A DNA stretch of 64,000 nt from a virus. Taxonomy: Duplodnaviria > Caudoviricetes. Every line of letters begins with the position of its first letter. Within the stretch, counting starts at the first letter, position 1. The stretch is taken from positions 160,655-224,654 of IMG/VR virus record IMGVR_UViG_3300031134_000004. One strand, 5' to 3'. Under the pieces are notes generated by a model, which worked only from the letters and a program-made list of their open reading frames with translations, ran no database searches and was not told where the DNA came from. Shown here one piece after another: positions 1 to 7,483 of this stretch. Position numbers and translations under genes: made by a program.

Positions 1-11
1 CCGAAGAAGGC

Positions 12-2063
12 ATGATCTCGGAAATGGTGAAGAAACACTACGACCAAGCCGACGCAATCGTTGTTGTGTCTTCGAACCTGATGTACTTCAAACGCAGTTT
101 CAGCCCGGAGCGCTTGGCGTACATCATTCCTGCTGCGATTGCGCGCTCGACGATCACGAAAGAAAAGATCGCCGCTTTCAAGAACAACTTCCACCGCCAA
201 CAACGCGAGCAATTGCTCGACCGCATCAACGTTCCACAACTCGATAACAAGGAAACCACCATGTCCACTACCCAACAGCAACTGCACGACCAAGCCACTG
301 TCCTCATCTGGACCCTGGCACACCAAGGCTACGGCACCTTCCACGCACTGCGCGAGGTTGCCCTTAACACCATCGACAACGTCGAACACATCAACCAAGT
401 GTGGGAAGAAAACAAGAAGTACCTGCACATGAAAAAGCGCGGTGTCGACATCGGCATCATGACGCCGTTTGGCAACCAGAAGGAGCCGATCACGATCGAA
501 CAGATCAACGAGTTCCGTGCTCGCTTCGACGAACAACGCAACCCGCTCGATGCGGAAGTGATCAAGAACATCACGCTGCACGATGGTCCGCTGCGCGCCA
601 TGTGGTTGCTCATGAGCGACTGCAAGAAACACTTCAGCCATGACGTGTTTGATGCAATGTACCAAATCGGCTTTAGCGACATGAGTGTGAACGCCGGTCG
701 TGAACAGATGATGCGTCTGTATGCCATGGAAGAACACAAAGGCATTGGCGGCCCTGTCTACAAACTCGACGTGCCTGGTGAAATGCCGGAGCCAACCATG
801 CAAATCATCGACGGTATCGACCCACTCAAAGGGTACGACCACGCCATCTGGAAAGCACTCTCGGGCGGCAAGACCTACGTGATGAGTGACCTGGTGAACC
901 TGCTGACCAAGACCGGCCTGAACGCCGACATGGTGCGCGACCGCATGATGCTGCTCGCTGGCGATGCTGGTTATCTGGAAATCGACAACGGCTTTGGCGG
1001 CATGACCTTCAAACTCGCAGAAGGCGCGAAGGAACCAAAAGCGGGCGGCAAGGCTGAACCGGTGAAGACGAAGTACCGTGTCAATCCTGATACGGGCTTT
1101 AACTACAACCTGTACAAGCTGCTCGAGCAAGGGGCAATGTCGTCGAGGGACGTGATTCAGGCATTTGCAGACAAAGGCTGGAATGCTGACGTCGTGGTTG
1201 CTCTCTTGGCCCTGGCCACCAAAGAAGGTTTCACGCGCATGGACGGCACTGCTGGTATGATTCAACTGATGGCTACTACGACCGAGCCGAAGAAACGCGT
1301 CGACATCGCTGACGTCAAGGTGGTCGATGGTCTGGCGTACTCGACCTGGCTGCTGCTGTCGGACCGTAACCTTAACACGGTGGAAATCGTGGTCGATGCA
1401 CTGTCGATGGCTGGTTTCGAAGTGAGCCGGGCGCGTGACTACGTGGTGCAAGAAGTCGAAAAGAAAGACGGCCTGTACGAGACCCTCGAATTTGCAGGGT
1501 CCACGGCAATTCGCCTGAAAGCCAATCGTCCTGCACCGGCGAAGGAAGAACCGAAAGAAGAAGAGCGTCGTGGCGCTCCTGCTTCCTCGGGCTTCCACTC
1601 GTACGAAGCAAACGCTGCGCAGACCAAGGTGCCAATGCAGCAAGCCGACAACCAAGACGAATCGTTGGTGCAAGTGTCGATCACGGTGGCTGGCATGCGC
1701 ATGAACGTCGCGCAGCTGGTGCAACTGCGTGATGAACTGCGCGCAGCTGGTTACAACCACACCGCGCCGTGGGCTCGTTCGCAGTCGAACCGCGTCCTGC
1801 AGTCGCAGCACAGCATCAACGGCAAGCTCTTTACCGAGAGCGAAGTGCGTCAGCTGGCTGAAGAAGTTTCCATCGCTGTCTCGCCGATGGTGTCGTCAAC
1901 GGACGTGGAACTGTTGCAGCATGCTGAACTCAAGCGTCGGCTTGCTGAAACGCATCGTCCAGGTGGCCGGGTCAATCTCAACCACTTGCAACACCCGGCG
2001 CGCGGCTTTGACAACGGCTACGACTTCGTCTCGGAAATGCAAATGGGGGGTCGTCGGTTTTAA
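12..2063 (+). CDS. Hypothetical protein with several repeated helical (winged-helix-like) modules; frame is open at the window edge, so it may be 5-prime truncated
   Basis: 683-aa ORF with phage-typical codon bias; no stop upstream of 12 in frame; internal AAGGA RBS before ATG at 261; repeated xxWxxLxxG/D helical motifs. Confidence 0.75.
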   Translation: MISEMVKKHYDQADAIVVVSSNLMYFKRSFSPERLAYIIPAAIARSTITKEKIAAFKNNFHRQQREQLLDRINVPQLDNKETTMSTTQQQLHDQATVLIWTLAHQGYGTFHALREVALNTIDNVEHINQVWEENKKYLHMKKRGVDIGIMTPFGNQKEPITIEQINEFRARFDEQRNPLDAEVIKNITLHDGPLRAMWLLMSDCKKHFSHDVFDAMYQIGFSDMSVNAGREQMMRLYAMEEHKGIGGPVYKLDVPGEMPEPTMQIIDGIDPLKGYDHAIWKALSGGKTYVMSDLVNLLTKTGLNADMVRDRMMLLAGDAGYLEIDNGFGGMTFKLAEGAKEPKAGGKAEPVKTKYRVNPDTGFNYNLYKLLEQGAMSSRDVIQAFADKGWNADVVVALLALATKEGFTRMDGTAGMIQLMATTTEPKKRVDIADVKVVDGLAYSTWLLLSDRNLNTVEIVVDALSMAGFEVSRARDYVVQEVEKKDGLYETLEFAGSTAIRLKANRPAPAKEEPKEEERRGAPASSGFHSYEANAAQTKVPMQQADNQDESLVQVSITVAGMRMNVAQLVQLRDELRAAGYNHTAPWARSQSNRVLQSQHSINGKLFTESEVRQLAEEVSIAVSPMVSSTDVELLQHAELKRRLAETHRPGGRVNLNHLQHPARGFDNGYDFVSEMQMGGRRF

Positions 2064-2067
2064 TGTA

Positions 2068-2118
2068 GCGTAAGGCGGGGGAGAGTAACTTCTCCCTCGC
2101 TTTATGCTTTTCTTTTTT
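2068..2118 (+). terminator. Intrinsic terminator with TATGC flank
   Basis: GCGTAAGGCGGGGGAGAG-TAA-CTTCTCCCTCGCTTTATGC followed by a T-run. Confidence 0.7.
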
Positions 2119-2129
2119 TAGAAGGTATC

Positions 2130-2459
2130 ATGGAACAAGTGTGTTTTGCAGGCTCGGCAAACTTTGAGCGCGATATTGAAATTGTCTCGGAGATTTTGTT
2201 GGGGGCAACCAAGCAGCAAGTAGCCACCAAATACAAATTGAACAAAGACCGTGTCGGCGTTATTGTGGAGAAGTTAGGCGCGACTATGCTGAGCAATTGG
2301 CAGACGCGCCATCCTACACAAGTGTATCCGGGCCCGCATGACGACAAGTCCCAACCCGTTGTCGGGCAAATTACTGACATGCGTAAGATCATGTTCTTCT
2401 GGGTGCCACGGGTACAAGAACTTCACGCAGACTATACAAAAACGAAAGGAGCATCATGA
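2130..2459 (+). CDS. Putative helix-turn-helix DNA-binding protein
   Basis: RBS GAAGG; RDIEIVSEILLGATKQQVATKYKLNKDRVGVIVEK resembles a sigma-region-4/Mor-type HTH. Confidence 0.6.
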   Translation: MEQVCFAGSANFERDIEIVSEILLGATKQQVATKYKLNKDRVGVIVEKLGATMLSNWQTRHPTQVYPGPHDDKSQPVVGQITDMRKIMFFWVPRVQELHADYTKTKGAS

Positions 2460-2803
2460 GTTTGAATTTTAACGACAACCCTTTGACGGACATTCCGCCT
2501 AACTACAAGCCTTTTTCTTTCCGGGCTGAATCAGGCATTGATGTCATCACGTTCATCAAGCGCGCTTACCGGCACGTCATTGAAATGAATGAAGGCGAGA
2601 CGCGTAGTGTCTCGATCACGGCGCTGCGTCTGGAGCAAGACTGGAAGACGGGCGAAGTCGGTGGTGAGTTTTATACGAACTTGACGCTGGAAGTGCTGCG
2701 TGAAATTGCGCGTACCGTTGAAGACGGTTACGTGTTGTTCCAGACACTGCGCGCCGTTCCCTTCAAAGACAATTCGCTCGAACGTGACAAGAGCATCCAA
2801 TAG
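2456..2803 (+). CDS. Hypothetical protein, tandem paralog A
   Basis: ATGA overlap with upstream gene, RBS AAGGAG; shares PFSFRxE and QTLR...NSxERDxS motifs with the next gene. Confidence 0.8.
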   Translation: MSLNFNDNPLTDIPPNYKPFSFRAESGIDVITFIKRAYRHVIEMNEGETRSVSITALRLEQDWKTGEVGGEFYTNLTLEVLREIARTVEDGYVLFQTLRAVPFKDNSLERDKSIQ

Positions 2804-2814
2804 GAACATTAACC

Positions 2815-3189
2815 ATGTATCACACTTACCGACCCTTCTCGCAAGAAGAACCTTACAACTTGCGTCCTTTCTCGTTTCGTTCTGAAGGACCTGCTGATGC
2901 TGTTCAGTTTCTCGGACTGATCGCAAGAAAGATTCAGCTTACGCACTTGAGTGAAGACGAGCGTGTGAAGAAGCTTTACTTCACCGAGCTGTTCATCGAA
3001 ACCGACACCCGCACTCACGAAAGTGTCGTTGAGTTCCAAAGCAACATGAAGCTCGAAGAGATGCAGAAAATCATCCGCTCGAGCGTGGAGATGAAAGAGT
3101 CGCACCAAGAGTACATGGAAGTTGTTCTTCAAACGCTGCGCGAACAACCTGCCCATCTGAACTCGATGGAGCGCGACCGTTCGCTTTAA
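2815..3189 (+). CDS. Hypothetical protein, tandem paralog B
   Basis: RBS TAGGA; shares PFSFRSE and QTLR...NSMERDRS motifs with the previous gene. Confidence 0.8.
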   Translation: MYHTYRPFSQEEPYNLRPFSFRSEGPADAVQFLGLIARKIQLTHLSEDERVKKLYFTELFIETDTRTHESVVEFQSNMKLEEMQKIIRSSVEMKESHQEYMEVVLQTLREQPAHLNSMERDRSL

Positions 3190-3241
3190 CGGCATAAAGC
3201 CAGGGGAAGTTCCCCTGGCTCGTATGACCTCTTTTTTTTTT
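3190..3241. terminator. Convergent terminator, CATA/TATG-flanked hairpin
   Basis: CGGCATAAA-GCCAGGGGA-agt-TCCCCTGGC-TCGTATGAC then T10. Confidence 0.8.
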
Positions 3242-3249
3242 GCTCGTTT

Positions 3250-3930
3250 CTAGTCGAGCATGCCTTGGTATTTCTTGGAACGGGATTCCACACGACCAGG
3301 GTACTTACTATTGATCATGCAGAATGATTCCCCGTAGCCGGCAACCTTGACATTCGATTGAGCGCACTTGGTTTCAAGGTTACCATACCAGTACTCCGGA
3401 TCACACTTAGCGTCCATGCGACACAACCGGATGCGTTTGGAAATGCTACCAGCCCCGCCATTGTATTTGGCAGCCTCGCAGGCAAGTGCTTCACGCGGAT
3501 TGGCCATCTGTACTTCGCAACTACGGTAACCAGCCTTTTGCTTGAGAAGCATTGCACGCAACTGGTATTGTGCGTTGGTGCAGTCTTCCCAGCTCCATTC
3601 CTTCAAGGACGGATGCAATCGTTTGGTTTCTTCCAGCGCGTCGAAACGCACCTTGCCGTTCTTGTCGTAGGCGATGGTAAATTGCCCGAAGCCACATCCC
3701 CATTCACGGGAGGTCTTCAATTGCGCATTGACCTTCCACAAGCTCTCTTGTTCGACCGAGCCTGCTGCGTGTTCGCGCAGTGGGTGCCATGCCCAGTGGG
3801 TGTCGATCTCGTACTTGAGCAAGGGGAGGTATTGCTCGGCTTGATTCGGAAGCTTAACCGAACCTGCTGCTGGCGAACACAGCAGGAACATGGTCAAGAT
3901 CAGAAACAGCCAGTTAGTCAGACGTTTCAC
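3250..3930 (-). CDS. SLT-family lytic transglycosylase with N-terminal signal/anchor (candidate endolysin)
   Basis: GTG start at 3930 overlapping the upstream TGA (GTGA); hydrophobic N-terminus; catalytic-type VEQES, GFGQF and AKYNGGAG motifs of the lysozyme-like SLT fold. Confidence 0.8.
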   Translation of the reverse strand: MKRLTNWLFLILTMFLLCSPAAGSVKLPNQAEQYLPLLKYEIDTHWAWHPLREHAAGSVEQESLWKVNAQLKTSREWGCGFGQFTIAYDKNGKVRFDALEETKRLHPSLKEWSWEDCTNAQYQLRAMLLKQKAGYRSCEVQMANPREALACEAAKYNGGAGSISKRIRLCRMDAKCDPEYWYGNLETKCAQSNVKVAGYGESFCMINSKYPGRVESRSKKYQGMLD

Positions 3931-4304
3931 AGCAGCCCCGACATCAAGAGGACAAGGACAATCCGGGTGAGCGTCGTGAGCGTGTTGATCGCATAGACAG
4001 CGATGCCGGCGCGGGTATCGTTGTTCATGATTGCCATACACGCAAGCTCTTGAAGATCAACCTTGGGCTGGAACGTAACGCGAATCCAGATCACGGAGAT
4101 CTCGACCCAGGTCAAGAGCGTCAAGGCGCCCAGGACCATCATGACTTCTGGGAACTGAGAGACGAAATCGCCGTGGTTTTGGCGAGCGTACTCGACCATG
4201 AAGTGCATCGCGAAGAAGCCGATGACGGTCAGGGCGAGCAGGACGGCCGAGCGCAGGAACAGACGCTTGGTCATTTCTTTGGTTTTCTTCGAAACGTTTT
4301 GCAT
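3927..4304 (-). CDS. Membrane protein with about 3 TM segments (candidate holin)
   Basis: RBS AGGA before ATG 4304; basic N-terminus, three hydrophobic stretches; translationally coupled to the transglycosylase. Confidence 0.6.
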   Translation of the reverse strand: MQNVSKKTKEMTKRLFLRSAVLLALTVIGFFAMHFMVEYARQNHGDFVSQFPEVMMVLGALTLLTWVEISVIWIRVTFQPKVDLQELACMAIMNNDTRAGIAVYAINTLTTLTRIVLVLLMSGLL

Positions 4305-4327
4305 GATACTTCCTAGTAATGAAATTA

Positions 4328-4362
4328 AAAGAACCGAGGGAAGCAAATAGTTTCCCTCGGGC
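4328..4362 (-). terminator. Intrinsic terminator after the tail-fibre gene
   Basis: CCGAGGGAAGC/GTTTCCCTCGG stem with an A-run on the plus strand (U-tract on minus). Confidence 0.7.
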
Positions 4363-4386
4363 ACTACATGATTACTACATTTTCAT

Positions 4387-7300
4387 TTACACTCCTGTGG
4401 ATTCAGAGTACAACTTCACACGGAATCGCACGAACTTGTTGGTGTTACTCTTAGCCCGGATCGTAATTTCCATCTCACCACTCTGTGGGTTGACAGCTGC
4501 ATTAGATCCAGTATTTGCTTGAGCAAGCCAACCACGGTCCAGAGCATACCAGCCAGAATTACCAGGCGGGATCGGGAAGGAAATAGCACTCAGTGGCGAG
4601 TAGTACAGTTCGTAATCAGACGCTTTAGATCCTTGTGGAATCCAGCGACCGCGAGCTGTTGCGCTATTTACACCGTAGCCGTAGAACGTACCGTCAGGAT
4701 TGATTTCGAAGATAACCGACGCACCGCCATCGCTAACGCCTCTGAAATTCAGATTTTCGTTAGGGTATGGCATCATTGGCGCTGCAATTGGGTCGTATCC
4801 GCAATCAACACTGTTGTACTGCAAGACGTCAGGATACTCGCCGTAGTTACCGTCAGCCCGAACAGCAACCAACGTTGTACCGTCACAATAGCGACGCAGT
4901 TCCGTACCACGAGGCGTTGGTGCAACATAACCGCAAGACACACTGTTGTATTCGGCCACTTCCACGTAATAGCTACCAGTGCCATCAGCACGACGACGCA
5001 TCAAGTTAAGACCCTCGCAGAACGTTCCCAGATCCGTACCAGCTGCTGGTGGTGGAATGTAACCGCAATCAGTGCTATTAGGGAATGGACGCTCAGTAAA
5101 GAAGCCATCGCCATTTGCAACACGAATAACCAACGTCGTGCCAGAGCAATAGCGCGACAGTTCTACACCAGCATTGGTGAAGTCCATGTACATGCTAATG
5201 GCATCGGACCATTCGCTTGTCAAACCGTTGTTGCTATTGTGACGCATCCGCACCAAGTACCACGAACCGTCAATCAGGTCTTGCGTTGTCGTACGAGCAG
5301 CAGTTGCACTACCACCTTCAGTCCACTCGCGAATCACACGCGTAGCATCACCGTTCAAGATCTGGTAAGTCTTGGACTTCCAGCTATCGTTCGGGTTCGT
5401 ACCACTCATGGCAAAGTCGGAATTGGTAAAGAAGATACCGTTACTTGCGTACGAGTCACCATACGAGCGACCCGACTCTGGCGAGATGATCGTTGGCTTG
5501 GCCACAAACGGCACAACGTAACCGCAGTAACCAGCGTTTCGTTCAAGCAGCGTTTTGATTTCACCGTAGTTACCATCAGAACGTTTATCGTACTTGTCGT
5601 AGCCTTCGCAGAACGTATCGAGCAAGGTGCCCGCTGCTGGCGAATTTGGCCACTCTGCACGGAAGTTGAGCCACTCCGACCATTTCGAGGACGGCAGCTT
5701 CATGCCGTTGTGACGCACACGCAGACGATAATCCGTGTGGTTTGTCAACATCGCTGACGGCAAGATGAACTGCTCACTGTTATCGTACACGAAGCCGTTC
5801 TTAAACAGCTGCGTACCCAAGTACAGTTCCCACTCAAGGTTATCGAATTGCTCCGAACCGAACGTGATTTGGAATGGCGAGCACATTGCTTTAAACGCAC
5901 CCAGACGGTCGGTCTGTTGTGTGTTGTTTGGTGTAGCCCACACTGGCGTTTTGATTTCTGCTGGTGCAAAGCCGCACACCGCACTGTACTCTTCTGCCAG
6001 AATCCACGTACTACCGTAGTTCCCGTCAGAGACAAGATTGTACAGATCAAAACCTTCGCACTCAGTCTTTAAGACTGTACCGGCAGCAGGTGAGGCAATC
6101 TTGGTGGTAAAGGCAATCGAGTTGGACCAACCCGACAGACCCATGTTCACACCCTTGTACTGCACCCGCGCATGGTACATCGTGCCATACGTGAGAGCAC
6201 CTGAAGGAATCGATACTGCCATTTTGCTGACAGCATCGTTGTAACGTGACCACACAAGTGTACCAGTGCCATTTGGACCCGTCCAGATTTCCCAGTCCGT
6301 AGAAGCATGGGTGTCCGTGCCTTTTGTCGCTGCAAAGACAGACGAAGTCAAGCCAGGTTGAAGAGCAGTCTCTGTAGCGCCGTTGACAGGGGCAGTAATA
6401 CTTGGCTGGCGAATCGCACCTTCAATCGTACTAAAGACCGTTGGGTTCGACCAGTCGGACCATTCGTTCTCAGCATTCATGTAGCGTACTCGCCAGTAGT
6501 AGCGCATCACCACACCAAGTGTCGTCGACAAGGTGTATGACAAAACGGGACTATTGATGGTTTCGTTCACCACCAAACTCTTCATGTCTTCCGTACTGGA
6601 GACTTGGAACTGGCTGGCTTTGTGAGGCACCCGGTAGATCGAACCATAGTCGTCCGACACGAGCGTCGCTTTAAGCACCACATTCGTTTCGTCCTTGGCA
6701 GGCAGGCGATTGACCGGCTGACGCACCTTTGGATAGACGGGCTTTTCATCACGGCGGAAATACTGCGGATGAGGATCGCGCTCTTTGCGGTGAAAGGCAA
6801 TGGCTGAACGCATCGACAACTGAGCGCGTTCAACCAAGTCAGGGGTGATGAGACCGATGTTCGCTTCGAGATACGCGTAGACACTATCGTAACCGACAGC
6901 GCTACCGGCGAGCAAGCTTGCGTTGATGCGGTCAAGTGCTTGCACCACATACTCAAACCCAAAGCGCGTGCCTTTGCCCATCAAGCGCACACTCTCTGGC
7001 GTGTCTTCTACACTCCATACTGGCAGTGGCCACGCTGGGTTGCGTTGATCGAAGTTGAAACTATTTAGTACAGCCGCCAGATCATCGTCACTGTTACTGT
7101 ATTGTGCACCTACACTTTGGTACGAGAGCGTAACGCCACCACTGGCTGGGACATTTTTCAGTACCAGTAAGCCCGCCACGTCCTTGTCAGACAAGCCCGT
7201 TGGAATAGCGTGCAGCTCAGTGATGATGTAATCTCGTCCGCGTGAGAGGACTTGTTTCGTTGCGGTATTAACGACACGCATCGAATCGACATAGAAGGGT

Positions 7301-7422
7301 CCATACACCGGAGCGATGGCAACGACCTTCTTTACAGGAAAACGATGTTCTTCTGCCCGCACCAAGTTAGCTTCACTCGTGCCGGACAGATCAAGCGGAT
7401 AGGTAACGCTAGGGATTGTCAT
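4387..7422 (-). CDS. Tail fibre / virion structural protein with FN3-like domains and five Cys-paired repeats
   Basis: N-terminal YPLDLSG...N motif shared with the next two minus-strand virion genes, as seen in phiKZ-like tail proteins; YWRVRY...WSDWS FN3-like motifs; repeated GxxLxxxCxG...ADG...CG modules. Confidence 0.8.
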   Translation of the reverse strand: MTIPSVTYPLDLSGTSEANLVRAEEHRFPVKKVVAIAPVYGPFYVDSMRVVNTATKQVLSRGRDYIITELHAIPTGLSDKDVAGLLVLKNVPASGGVTLSYQSVGAQYSNSDDDLAAVLNSFNFDQRNPAWPLPVWSVEDTPESVRLMGKGTRFGFEYVVQALDRINASLLAGSAVGYDSVYAYLEANIGLITPDLVERAQLSMRSAIAFHRKERDPHPQYFRRDEKPVYPKVRQPVNRLPAKDETNVVLKATLVSDDYGSIYRVPHKASQFQVSSTEDMKSLVVNETINSPVLSYTLSTTLGVVMRYYWRVRYMNAENEWSDWSNPTVFSTIEGAIRQPSITAPVNGATETALQPGLTSSVFAATKGTDTHASTDWEIWTGPNGTGTLVWSRYNDAVSKMAVSIPSGALTYGTMYHARVQYKGVNMGLSGWSNSIAFTTKIASPAAGTVLKTECEGFDLYNLVSDGNYGSTWILAEEYSAVCGFAPAEIKTPVWATPNNTQQTDRLGAFKAMCSPFQITFGSEQFDNLEWELYLGTQLFKNGFVYDNSEQFILPSAMLTNHTDYRLRVRHNGMKLPSSKWSEWLNFRAEWPNSPAAGTLLDTFCEGYDKYDKRSDGNYGEIKTLLERNAGYCGYVVPFVAKPTIISPESGRSYGDSYASNGIFFTNSDFAMSGTNPNDSWKSKTYQILNGDATRVIREWTEGGSATAARTTTQDLIDGSWYLVRMRHNSNNGLTSEWSDAISMYMDFTNAGVELSRYCSGTTLVIRVANGDGFFTERPFPNSTDCGYIPPPAAGTDLGTFCEGLNLMRRRADGTGSYYVEVAEYNSVSCGYVAPTPRGTELRRYCDGTTLVAVRADGNYGEYPDVLQYNSVDCGYDPIAAPMMPYPNENLNFRGVSDGGASVIFEINPDGTFYGYGVNSATARGRWIPQGSKASDYELYYSPLSAISFPIPPGNSGWYALDRGWLAQANTGSNAAVNPQSGEMEITIRAKSNTNKFVRFRVKLYSESTGV

Positions 7423-7448
7423 GCTTACCCTCTCCTTGTGGAAATGAA

Positions 7449-7483
7449 TAAAAAGGGGAGGGCACTGCCCTCCCCAGTATGCC
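7449..7483 (-). terminator. Intrinsic terminator between the two tail-fibre genes
   Basis: GGGGAGGGC/GCCCTCCCC stem, U-tract on minus strand, TATGCC on the plus-strand 3-prime side. Confidence 0.75.
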
